64,000 nucleotides of DNA from Octopus vulgaris. Lineage: Eukaryota. Numbering within the stretch: the first letter of the stretch is position 1; each line of letters starts with the position of its first letter. A model generated the notes under the pieces. It worked only from the letters and a program-made list of their open reading frames with translations, was not told the origin of the DNA and did not search any database. Positions 1 to 11,975 of the stretch are shown here, piece by piece. The position numbers and the translations under genes were made by a program. The stretch spans positions 144,336,001-144,400,000 of the forward strand of contig OX597818.1 of NCBI GenBank assembly GCA_951406725.2, read 5' to 3'.

Positions 1-3000
1 TTGTGAGTGGATCTCATAGACAGAAACTGAAAGAAAGCTTGCATGTGTCTGTACATGTGTTAATATTTGTACTTCTCCAGAAATTATAAGCTACAGGCCA
101 TGATGCCAGTTCTCCTGTCAACAAATCATCCACTGATTTGTATCTTCAAAGACATACAAAATTTAAAAAACCCATCCTTGAAAAATGATACAGTTGTCTG
201 ATGCTTGCACAGAAAAGAAAGGACATCAAACAAATCTAGATACCACAATGAAATAAGATCCTTCCCTTCAAAACCTAGTTCCATAGAGAAGCTGATGCTA
301 TGGGAGTCAAATAGTCTTCATGAGGAATCGCAACAATCAAGACTAAATGTTCCAATTCTTTGAACAACAGAGAGAGAATTAGGACTGGATAAAACAAAGA
401 TTAACTAAACCTGGGTATGGAATTTTTTTTAGCTCAAAGTTGCCACTAAGTGAATATAACTATGACCAGGCGTGCATTCTAGCCAGTCCTAGCAGACTAT
501 ATTTCTCAACACTTCCAGTCTTACTTTTTTTAAAACTGTAGGATGTAATCTGAGAAACATTTGGGTCCCTATTTCTTGCACATTGGATGACTACATAGAG
601 GCTCCCTAACCCAATTCAAGAGAAATGGAAAGTAAAATCAATTCTGGTGAGATCTGAACTGAAAACGTACAATACGAAAATCAATGCTGGCAAAGTATTT
701 TAGGATGACAAGAACTGGAGGATGGGGTGGGCAATTCAGCCTCAAGTCTGTAAAACACAAATAAATAAAAACAGTTTAAACCATAAGACCAAAGCAGCAA
801 TTTAATTTAAATTATATACCTTTGAATGCGAAGAATTAAACATTCATTATCTTAATCGCAGTAAATGCACCCAACAGATTCGTATGCATTTGCAGTTCTA
901 CCCGCAGTACTTAGGAAAAGAAATCCTTCCTCAGCCGTCAGCTAAAATTACTGTGCTAACAACAAATAGACAAAACAAAAAAAATCCTATTCTATGACAC
1001 CGTGGGGCGATGGGCTCAGTAGTAGTTCAGTGCCAGATCAACCCTTAAGTCAAAAGTATTCCAGCCGTGACCATCACATCTAACATTCCGGCACAGTGGA
1101 TCTAATTACATTATCCAAGGTGTTCTTCCTCTTTTCTAAGGCAATAGGGTCTGATCTAAGGGAGATTTGCTTACTTTTCTAACATCACGCTAGAATTGTG
1201 GAGTGACCCACCTATGGCTCAATAATAGAAAGCTGATTTAGACTAAAATTATTTACGTTTCTGAGTTTAAATCATGCGAAAATCGATTGGCTTTTTTAGC
1301 TGGGTAGAATCGATAAAATACGCATATGGAACATTCTGGAGTATAAATGTGGTGAATACAAGACGAACATCTAAAGTCACGTGGATTTATTGACCACACA
1401 ACTAGTTTTTCAATAGAAGAGTTTGCTTGTTTGTTTTTTTAATTTGCTTTCTTATTCATTGTTAAGCAAGCAATTTAATAATAATAAAAGGGAAAATAAG
1501 ACGATGCCAAGAGTTCAAATGTTGCCAAATTCGGTTTTGCCTTTCATTCTTCTGGAGTTCGGTAATGTAAAGTACGAGAGAAGTACTGGGATTAGGGTAA
1601 TCTTGGCAAGCATTTACAGTTCACAAACCCTTGGCCACAAACTAGTCTTAGGCTGATGTCCTAAATGGCTTATCCAAATTTGCAGCCTTATGCCAATGAT
1701 GAAATCAATATATGAAACCAATACTTCAAGCGGTGATGCAAACAGACAAAAACCTCCACTAAATAAACAGATTATATAATTGCATTCAGTAAAATGCAAT
1801 CATCACATTCAAAATAAAGTAATTTATAATTATTATAGTTAATAATAAATTAATACTAATGATGCACAAAAACCGTTTGACGATTTAAAAAAATATTCTC
1901 TTACTTAAAATTTGGATGCACGGAATAAATTAAAACCGAGATTTAACACGTGTCTGTTCCTTTTTATAGTGAACACAAAAAATGTTTATTTTTTTGGTAC
2001 TAATTTTATTGACTGTGCGCGGGGAAAATGCCGAGATGATCTTCAGCAGAATCGGAAAAGCAAACGTGCAACAACGAACTGATGACGTCTTCATCTCTCC
2101 TCCTCTTTACGACAGAATCCTGCACTTCAACATATGACATCAATATATGCAAGCGATATGTTAAGATTAATGCACGGATTACCATTAACAACTTATTTCC
2201 CTTCTTTCTGGCTAGTTTTTTTTAATTATTTTGTTAGGGTACATATTGGATCAACAAATCTTGGCAAGCACATAGAGTTCAAAACCTTGTCCACAAACTT
2301 AGTCTTTACCATACTGGTATTTATGGACTTAGGCTGTGATGTCCTAAATCACTTATCCAACGTGGATTAGAACGTGGAGCAAGTACCGAAGGTGGATCCC
2401 CCCACCACACACACCGAAAACCCTTCTGATTCGCCTCTAGCTTTGAAAACTGATATCATATATTCTAACATAATGCATGGTTGCTCCATACTTTTATAAT
2501 TATTCAAAAAATTGCTTTTTATCATTTAAACGATGGATGTAATTAAGCTGGTGGAAGCCACAAGGCAGAACATAAGGAACATAACAGACCGTTTTCTTTT
2601 AAACACATGTAAGTCAGTTAGCGAGTGCATGTAACTTTTGCAGGCCCTCTTGGAGGGATACAGCAAGTTAAAAACAAAAGGATGGGTGGGGCTCGGAGGT
2701 GGAGCCCCGGGATCGGCTGTGAATGCTTATAATACAATGAACTCTACTAAAAGTGCCCGACACGGCGGTCCACCTAATCCCAGACCATGTTTTTTTTTTC
2801 TCAAACATCTGTAATTTTCAATTCTCACATTTTGTAGGAAATTTTCACGTCAACTTTAAACAGAATATTTATAAAGCTATATTCTCAGTTTGTTTTTATG
2901 CATCTTCTAGTAAACACTGGTGTGTACTATAAAATCATGACAATTCTGTTGACACAGACTCACACTCGGTGTAACTGGAGGGGGAGAGGTGAGCAATGAT

Positions 3001-3070
3001 TTAACAGTGCGTCCCCGTGCACTAAGATCTTTGCTACGTGACTGTTTCACACACACACACACAGAGGAGT

Positions 3071-3276
3071 GGGTGCTGAAAAGTTCCTGGCTTTAAGGGG
3101 GTCGCGAAAAGCCTGGTTGGCGGCGCAAACTTTCGAGTTCTTTTAGTGCTTAGAAAAACTGAAGGACCGCTGCAATAAGTGTGTGAATCATAGAAGAATA
3201 TGTTGAATAAAATCATAATTAACTGATCCTCATCCCGTATTTTCTTTTCCCCAAAGCCAGGAACTTTTCAGCACCC
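3071..3276. mobile_element. Mariner-type MITE
   Basis: 24-bp perfect TIR GGGTGCTGAAAAGTTCCTGGCTTT / AAAGCCAGGAACTTTTCAGCACCC. Confidence 0.8.
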
Positions 3277-4663
3277 CTCGCGCGAACGTGTGAAGCAAAG
3301 ACTAATTTCTTTAGTTTGAAATTAAGAAATTTATGAAAGTGCTATAAGATGGGTTCGGGAGTATAAGGACCGGAGAACATTGGTACTCACCCCAGTCTTC
3401 GACATGTGGCGTCTACCACCCAGTCAACACGGAAAAATGCAAGCTGTTACAAACTTTCTATTTACAATAACAAGTATTAAAGGATCCGGGAGGCAGCAGC
3501 CAGAATACATGTAGTTTTTTTTATTTTCTGTAGACGAAAGGACTGGGGTAATGTCGTGAAATAACGGAAAACCAGCTACGAGTAACCGTCCATGTTTGTG
3601 TAATTAAAAAAAAACAAAAAACAGAATTAAATATTTTTCTTCAATAGAGCAAAATTGTAATCCAAGCGACTACTCCTCAAAACATGTATGCCAGCAAACA
3701 CATTCGTTTACGAACATAATGTGCTTCACGTCCCTCCCATTACACAATTATAAGTATTAAAACTTAAATTTCTCTTCTCATGGCTCTGGGTTCACGACAC
3801 TTAAGATAAATAATTCAAACTCCTAAGACACAAACAGAATTACTTACAGCAATGTGTAACGCACTGTCGATGATCCACATGGAAACTACAACCGAAGAAG
3901 TGAACTATCTAAATACTAGTTTATTTAAATTGCCCTCCACTTAAAAGCATCTGTACCGAGTTTTGTTGGTTGTTTTTCTTTTAAATCTAATTACTGCCAT
4001 CAAATTGATACTTTCTACTTAAAGAGCAAAATAAATAAGAGTTAAGTTTTGGCAATAATCCAAATATCTGCTAAATAATCACACAGCCTGACTTGTATTT
4101 TGTTCTGGGAGTAAACAAAAAGAGCATCTTTGCAGAAAAAAAATTTTTTAAATTAAATCGCCGATACAACTTAATATTATGCGTTAGCTACAAGACACGG
4201 GGAAGTTGTGGTGTTCATACCTTCCTCAACAACAAATCCAATAAGTAAGTGCTATTTGTGAAACTTAAGTATGTAATGGTATTTGGCAACAATTCTGCAC
4301 CAAAAATACTCACCACTTTACTTGTCAGCAGAAGATCTAAAGTAAATAAAGAGTATCGGAGACGACAGCTCGAGAGAAATGCAGCGATAAGTGTGTGTGA
4401 CTAGGTTTTCTAACCATATATAGCGAAGTGAGTGGTTAGCTGGCGGGTAGTAGGCAAGTAGACACACGTGCTTGACAAATCAATATGCAGACACAGATTG
4501 TATACAAACAGCAGAACAAAACAAACCGTCACTACCAACTCAACTCGCAATATCAGGGAACCATAACATAGTATTTTGTACTTATTTATCAACTTTCTTT
4601 TGCCCGGGAGCAATTACAGAGTCTGGTGGACCCATACTATTTTCAACACAGAAATATGTTTAA

Positions 4664-5288
4664 ATAAAATTTAATGACCCATCGGGGAGCAACAAATAGC
4701 GGCCAAATTATAAGTACTGATCTTTTGAAAAGAAGGAACATGTTAGATACATTGAAATAAAGACAGGATAGCCATGATTGGAATATTTTTCGACCCTAGG
4801 TTTGCTTACTGGAATCTATGACTGGCTAAACAGCAACGAATAAAAGTTGTGTAAGAACGAAGCTAAATAACAACACAAGTTGTGCAGGGGTAGAGCAAAA
4901 CAACAAATACAAGCCGTGTGCAACAATTAACTTAAAAGCATAACGAGGACTGTTGTTGATTCACAATATCTAAAATTCCCCACAAATGTGAATCAACAAC
5001 AGTCCTCGTTATGCTTTTAAGTTAATTGTTGCACACGGCTTGTATTTGTTGTTTTGCTCTACCCCTGCACAACTTGTGTTGTTATTTAGCTTCGTTCTTA
5101 CACAACTTATATTCGTTGCTGTTTAGCCAGTCATAGATTCCAGTAAGCAAACCTAGGGTCGAAAAATATTCCAATCATGGCTATCCTGTCTTTATTTCAA
5201 TGTATCTAACATGTTCCTTCTTTTCAAAAGATCAGTACTTATAATTTGGCCGCTATTTGTTGCTCCCCGATGGGTCATTAAATTTTAT
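4664..5288. repeat. Near-perfect long inverted repeat: 302-bp arms (4664-4965 and 4987-5288) with a 21-bp spacer
   Basis: Arms compared by eye are reverse complements, with one mismatch seen (cgaataaaagttg versus cgaatataagttg). Confidence 0.95.
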
Positions 5289-7687
5289 GTTTTAAAAAAT
5301 TTTAATTACCATCATCAAATTGATGCGTTCTGCTTAATGATCATAGATAATACATATAAAGTTGATTCAGGCAATCACCCAAAAATCCGTTGAATAATCA
5401 AAATCCAATGTCGATAAACAATAACAACCCTCCCCTCCTTCCTCATATTCAAAATTGTCTAAATTTATCCTAACTAAACGCATCTAATCTGATCAACATT
5501 TTACTTTTCGCAATTGTAGGTCGAATAAATAGTCACTAAATAACACGTGTGTTTTCTAATCTTAACGCAAGGACAATATACGTATAATTTCAATTTATTT
5601 GCAATCGCTTCTTAAAGCTAAGTGAAGAAATGACCAAACAATGCCTTATAAAACTTCTGTAAAATTAATGTGGAAAAGGGGGGAAAAAAAAGGATCTTGC
5701 ATGAATTAGAGACTATTTTCAAAAGAGCAATGAAAGCAGCTTTTGGCATATTTGTACTCTGGCTATCAATGAAAATATTTATGAGTAGCAAAACAAAGTG
5801 TGTGGGCAACGTGGTTGGTATCTAAATAAATGCAACCGTGAAGATTAATGTTTGCAATTAATTAAAAACAGAATTAGTGACCGAGTTAGTTGTTAATCGA
5901 TAGAATTCGACGCAAATTATAGTGCACTTAGTAATCGTTTCAGATACTAGCATGGCAAAGACCGAAAACATGAGAGCCTGCAAGGGAACCTCTAAATGAT
6001 CGCTCAACCCTGCTAGAAATATTAGCCAAACTTCCTTAAATCACTTTCCTACTGTTCTAAAAGAAAATGGTTTACACAATATAGTCCTAAAATGATGAGA
6101 TGGTCACGGCTGGAGTGCACTGTCGTCCACCGATTCAATTATAGCTGTCCTGCAGCAAAACAATTACAAAGTTATGTTTATTATAATGTAAATTATTGCA
6201 TCATTGAACAAAAATCATTATTATATTGATGTTTATAGTGTCACATTTCCAAAGACCAAGTCTTTAGATTTACTGATGTAATATTCTAAGAAATAACTTC
6301 AGACCTTTAACAGGGTTGAGTTTGTTTTACCAACACAAGACAAAACAAAACCCGTCCCTTCTCCAGATGACATAATGAGTGAGGGGTGTGTTAATGGTCT
6401 CACCAAACCAAATAAATGTTGCCTAAGGAATAAATTTGCATTTTATTCTGAACAAAGAGAAATTGCAAAGCACATCGATTGTGTATATATATATATATGA
6501 CATAAGCAAACAAGAGAATTCATTCATAACCGAACAGTAAAACAGATTTTGGTTTCTTATTAGAACATAAAAGCTATTACGTCGTAAGATTAGATGGAAT
6601 AACAGATGCTGACGAACAAACATTTTTAAAAAAAATATTACATACTTTGTTTATTAGACAACTAAATTCATTTTCTGAGAAATTAGTAGGGCTATTTAAA
6701 TGAAATTCAGTATTTACCAGTAATCATCAGCAATAATGTTGTTACTATTATTACTGCTACTGTTACCACTCAAGGAACAATGGAAACAGTATTTGAACTC
6801 GACGTGAACTCAAAATATGGTAAGATGAAATATCTTAGGCATTTCTCCTCGAAGACATCTCACTGGACTGAAAGTTCACAAACCCAATTTAAAAGGAAGA
6901 AAAAAAGGTTTACTAAAAAGAGAATTTTAAAATTGTATTAACCAAATTGTTCAGTCCTGTATCCGCTTTCTATGAACAGTGCTTACTCGTCTATAATGCG
7001 AGAAATTTATATTCAATAGAAAGAGGTGGGGATAATACAATAATCGAGTATAAATAGTGTTATAAAAGGAATTAAGATTGTGTGGTTTTCATGCACAAAA
7101 TTTGATAAATAACACACACGGATGCTTCAAAATCCGATCGAGTGAGCGAACGTGTTCATCTCTTAAGTTCCAAACCTTCGGTTTTGTCAATATGTGACTC
7201 GAGGTCGAAAAGCCCTTAACCACCTCCTTGTCCGACCCAATAACCTAATACGTAAATAGGCAAGTGACTAGACAAACAGTTTTGTTTTATTTATTGTATT
7301 AAAGAAGTTAACCATAGTAAGGGTTGTTATGGAAACGACAAACTTCCTGGCGGTTTCCATCAACCAAATTTTATTATGTATTTTTCAATCCCAAGCAATA
7401 GTAGAAAGCACTTGCCTAGGGTACCATGCAGTAGGATCGAACCCGTAACCACATAAATTTGCTAAGCGAGCTTTTTAACAACACAGCTATGCAAATACCT
7501 GCACAAAATGTTTCCCAACATTATTTCATAACGAATCTCTTGGCACAAAGCCAGAAATTTTCGGAACAGTTTAATTGATTACATCAACCGCTCTACTTAA
7601 TCAATCACTTTATTTTATCGACCCCAGAAAGATGAAAAATAAAACTGATCTCAGCAGGATTTGAACGTAACAAAACACGACACTTAC

Positions 7688-8600
7688 GAATGGAATCCTA
7701 AACGCAGCCTTGAATAGGAAGAAGTGAAATGATGTTCTTAGAATGATTTGTTTTCTTTCTTTTATTTCTTGCAAAGTAAACAGTTTTTCGAGTATTGAAG
7801 AGGTCGACCTTGATATTAGGATCGGAAGATTTACAATACTATTTTTGATGAACAACAAAATCCTCGACGTTCAGACAAGTTGATTAATGTCAAGGACGAG
7901 CAGAAAATAATTGGGTCGTTTTTCTTTCTTTTCTTTTGTATTTTTTTAATAATAATAACAACAGAGAGTGGAAGAAAAACAGTTCCTGGTGTCTATAGAC
8001 ACAATATCGAAGACTTGGCGATAATCAAAACTCTGGCTTGTTTGCTATTTGTCTCTGCGAAGGTCTCGACTCGAAGCAGTGTTGCGCCCATAGCCTGCTT
8101 GATCTAGAACTGCTTGCTTTGCCAGCCAAATAAGTAGGCGGGGACCAATTTTGTTTGCTTGCTTTGGTTACGTCCTTTTTTAAAAATAGTCTCTTTTCAA
8201 AGATGATGGAATTATTTTGTTTTCAGGAAGCTCTGAAATTCCTTTCGACTGTAGTAGCAATAGAATACGCTGATATCGTCGTCCCATCAGTGAGAAAGGA
8301 CGAGAGAGATAGAAGAGCTGTTTGTAGGCACCGAGTAGCGACATGAAATCTGGGGAGCGACCAAGAAAGGGCGTCGGGTCCGAAGAGGGAGGGCGAGAGA
8401 GATTGGTGACCAAAGGAAGCACAAGGTAAATACTTGGGGAATCCACAAGCCGAAGATTGCTTGTGTTTTCCCTGGACAAAAAGGTTACCACCGACTCTCA
8501 CAGACTGCAATAATAATTGGTATAAATTTCTACTTGAGCAGATATTATTTCGTCGTAAAGCAGGAAATATTTCCGAAGACACACATCCACCTCCGAACAC
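7688..8600 (-). other. Probable non-coding first exon (5' UTR) of an unidentified minus-strand gene
   Basis: Repeat-free, locally CpG-rich stretch next to the NRF1 site, ending at a consensus donor TTC|GTAAGT (7687-7682). Contains only short ORFs. Confidence 0.4.
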
Positions 8601-8616
8601 CAGAAATATATAAACA

Positions 8617-8628
8617 TGCGCATGCGCA
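8617..8628. promoter_or_regulatory. Perfect NRF1/Ewg-type palindrome TGCGCATGCGCA at a probable promoter
   Basis: Exact match to YGCGCAYGCGCR, between a CpG-enriched ~0.9-kb segment and a CT-rich tract at 8660-8995. Confidence 0.6.
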
Positions 8629-9082
8629 GCAGTTTAAAGCTATAACAACAACAACACCCCCTCTCTATCTCGCACTCTCTCACCCATTTTCTCTCTCACC
8701 CTTCCTCTCTCTCACCCTTCCTCTTTCTCTCTCTTCCTCTTTCTCGATCTTTCTTGATCTTTCTCTCTCTTCCTCTTTCTCTTTCCCTCCACCTCTATTC
8801 TTCACTACTCACACGCCTTGCTTTTCTTCTCTTTATTATCATCTACCTCTCGTTATTTCCCTCATACTCTGTCTTCTCTCTCTTTCTCTCTATCATTCTT
8901 TATCTTCCACTACTGTTTTTCTATTTGATACTCTTTGTTGTTACCTTTCTCCCTCTCTCTCTCTCCCTCTCTCCTCCTCCCTCTTCTTTCTCTCATCTTA
9001 CACTAACACATGGTACAAACAAACGGACATTTCTAATACACCAATGATCACGTTCTCTCTGTCATACTATTTAGCAATTAAA

Positions 9083-9317
9083 AGGCGGCGAGAAGCTGGC
9101 AGAACCGTTAGGGCGCCGGGCGAAATGCTTAGCAGTATTTCGTCTGGCGTTACGTTCTGAGTTCAAATTCCGCCGAGGTCGACTTTACCTTTCATCCTTT
9201 CGGGGTCGATAAATTAAGTACCAGTTACGCACTGGGGTCTACGTCATCGACTTAACCTGTATGTCTGTCCTTGTTTGTCACCTCTGTGTTTAGCCCCTTG
9301 TGGGTAGTAAAGAAATA
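9083..9317 (+). mobile_element. SINE (family B)
   Basis: GGCGGCGAG...CTGGCAGAA...GAGTTCAAATTCCGCCGAGGTCGACTTT...CATCCTTTCGGGGTCGAT. Related copies at 20199-20417 (+), 11160-11365 (-), 51940-52155 (-), 54330-54715 (-) and 61660-61960 (+). Confidence 0.85.
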
Positions 9318-9674
9318 ACCATTTATCAATTAAATGGAAATGAGCTAAGAGAAATGACTCAGAGTAGTTAATAGTATGAATATGGACAACAAAAACAAAC
9401 AAGAGTAAGCCAAAATGTTATCTTGTATATGATTTAATACACTCTTATTCATCATAGTTCTTCAAACATATGCAAATATATGCAATTCTGATTTAGTCCT
9501 TAAAGTCTTGATTTATTTCTCTTTGCATTTATGTAAATTTCCTCCGGTCGTAAATGTGTTCTCTCTTTTCATAAGTCTAAGTATCTCATCTGCTGAGAAA
9601 GGTAGGAAAATTATTCTGCTGCTGACACCATTTGGAGACAAATATGCGTAAACACCTGTCCTCTTATTTTCAGG

Positions 9675-10915
9675 TTTTACTAGTTTTGGCCATTAGACTG
9701 TGGCCATGCTGGGGCACTTCCTTGAAGAATTTTAGTCAAATGAATGGACCCCAATACGTTTTTTTTTTCTTTTTTTAAGCCTGATACTTCTTGTATTGGT
9801 TCCCTTTGCCGAACCTCTAAGTTACAGAGACGTAAACACGCCACACTTGATATCAAGTGGTGGTGGTGATGGACAAACACAGACACGAAGACACCCACAT
9901 ATAGGTATATACGTGGTCTGATCAATAAGTATCTGGACTGTTGCCATAGTAACGAAGCGAAAGCACAGAGAGTAAAACTGCTTGGCACAGATTGACCCCT
10001 GAACTCTGCAGTGCATGCGCACTAAGTATTAACGTAGCTCACTTCCGCTGTTTACAGCAGTACTTGGAAGGAACATGTGTAGCGTGTGATTGCCACATTG
10101 ATCAGGAATCTGCATCAAATTTTGCCAAAAGCTTGGCGATACCTGCTCAGAGGCCTATGCAAAGTTGCAGAAACTGTATGGAGAGGAGTGTATGAGCCGA
10201 AAAAATGTCAATAGTGATAAAGTTTCTGGGAGACCCACAACCAACAGAACTGTGAAAAACATTGCAGATGTGAGGGGAAATAGTTGAATTGCCATCTGTG
10301 AGTTATCAGAGGATGTGCAGATTAGTTACGGTTCAGTTCTGTCCATTATCACTGAAGATTTGGGTATGAGATGCTTGTCTATCAAGTTTGTGCCAAAACT
10401 GCTTTCAGCTGACACCACGTCTGCCCATTCAGCACAGCTTGTGCAGCAGTTTTTGGCTAGGCACAGCATTTCCCAGGTCCAACAGCCACTGTATCCCCCA
10501 GATCTTGCCTCTTGCGACCTTTTCTTCTTTCCAAAAATCAAATCCCACTTGAAAGGAAGAAGATTTCAGGATGTTGAAGAAATCAAAGTGAATGCAAAAA
10601 GGCAGCTACCGATTATCCCAGAAAACGAGTCCTAGGAATGTTTCTATCAATGGAAACAGTGTTGGATTAAGTGTGTGGCTTCCGAAGGAGATTAAATGCC
10701 AAATTGGTATGTGTTGTAGTTTTGTTTTTGTAGCACCAGGCTGGATACTTGTAGACCTCAGGTTTCTTTCAGTTTTTGTCTTTCAAATCCACTCACAAGA
10801 CTTTGGTCAACCTGAAGCTATAGAAGACAATTGCCTAAGGTGCCACACAGTGAAACTGAACCTGGAACCGTGTGGTTGGAAAGCAAACTTCTTATCAAAC
10901 AGCCATGCCTGCACC
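9675..10915 (-). mobile_element. tRNA-derived SINE (family A), split by the mariner
   Basis: 9675-9909 and 10760-10915 are contiguous pieces of the reverse complement of the SINE at 52335-52730. Confidence 0.8.
9912..10759 (+). mobile_element. Internally deleted mariner transposon inserted in a SINE
   Basis: Starts after TA with CGTGGTCTGATCAATAAGTATC; partial inverted end at ~10741-10759. Transposase remnants KFVPKLLS and YPPDLASCDLFFFPKIKSHLKGRRF correspond to the WVPHEL- and YSPDLAPxD-type motifs. Confidence 0.88.
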
Positions 10916-11730
10916 TATAGCCACACTGTCTTTGTTTATAAATTATATTGCTGGGTAAATTACAAACAAAAGCGGGGATAAGATGAGACAAACAAATTCA
11001 ACAAGCAGGATTTGGGAGATTATGAAAGAAAGGATAATCAATGCTTAAAGAAAAGTAGCTTTAAACCTTTAGTGTGGTTTTATGTTTATTAAATGATTAT
11101 TGTTGAATAACAACAATCGGTGGGCGGCATGCTATATTCAAAATGACAATAGTATTATTGGTTTCAAATTTTGGCACAAGACCAGCAATTTCAGGGGAGG
11201 AGATAAGTCAGTTATAACAACCCAAGTGCTCAACTGGTACTTATTTTATCAACCCTGAAAGGATGAAAGGCAAAGTCGACCGTGGCAGAATTTGAACTCA
11301 GAGCATAAAGACAGGTAAAATGCCACTAAGCATTTCGCCCAGCACACGAACAATTCTGCCAGCTCATGTCTTACAAGGACCAATATTAGCATAAATTCTC
11401 ACATATTTATTAACCTGGAACATTTGCATTTACACTTATAAAACAGTTGAATCATTAGAATAGCATTCAAGAGATACTGAATGAAATAAATGCAAATTTC
11501 CACTGCATATCATGCATGATAATTATAGGAAAATAGTTCATGGTTATTAAAAACAGAATAAGTTGAAAGAATGATAATGCCTTATCACTGACAATCCTTG
11601 TGCTGCATAGAACCCAAGGCAGTTCTATAAGGAAACATAGAAGAGGATGAAAGACCATCTCACAGGGCACACGTTCAATTTGTCAACTTTTACATAACTC
11701 ATAGTCAAGCTTCTAGAACTTTTAGCTGTT

Positions 11731-11975
11731 GGAGATGCTTGGCTTAGTGGTTAGGGTGTTGAACTCGTGATCATAAGGTTGTGGTTTCGACTCCTGGATC
11801 AGGCAATGCGTTGTGTTCTTGAGCAAAACACTTCATTTCACCTTGCTCCTGTCCACTCAGCTGGCAAAAATGAGTAATCCTGTGACGGACCGGCGTCCCA
11901 TCCAGGTGGGGAATTTCTATGCCACAGAAACCGGGAAACCAACCCTTATGAGCCTGGCACGGCTCGAGAAGGAAC
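11731..11975 (+). mobile_element. tRNA-derived SINE (family C, MetaSINE/V-SINE-like central domain)
   Basis: A box TGGCTTAGTGG, B box GGTTTCGACTCC, then CTTGAGCAAAACAC and GACGGACCGGCGTCCCATCCAGG...ATGCCACAGAAACCGGG. Confidence 0.7.

Noticed and set aside
2680-2800. GC-rich segment ending in a T-run (possible Pol III RNA such as 7SK or RNase MRP)
   Set aside because: I could not match the conserved motifs of these RNAs by eye; an Infernal search would be needed.
8534-9160. 208-aa Leu/Ser/Phe-rich ORF
   Set aside because: Translation of a CT-rich low-complexity tract running into a SINE; no domain signal.
11731-11810. tRNA-like sequences here and at 49121 and 52335
   Set aside because: They are SINE heads with A/B boxes that continue into SINE bodies; no intact cloverleaf was seen.
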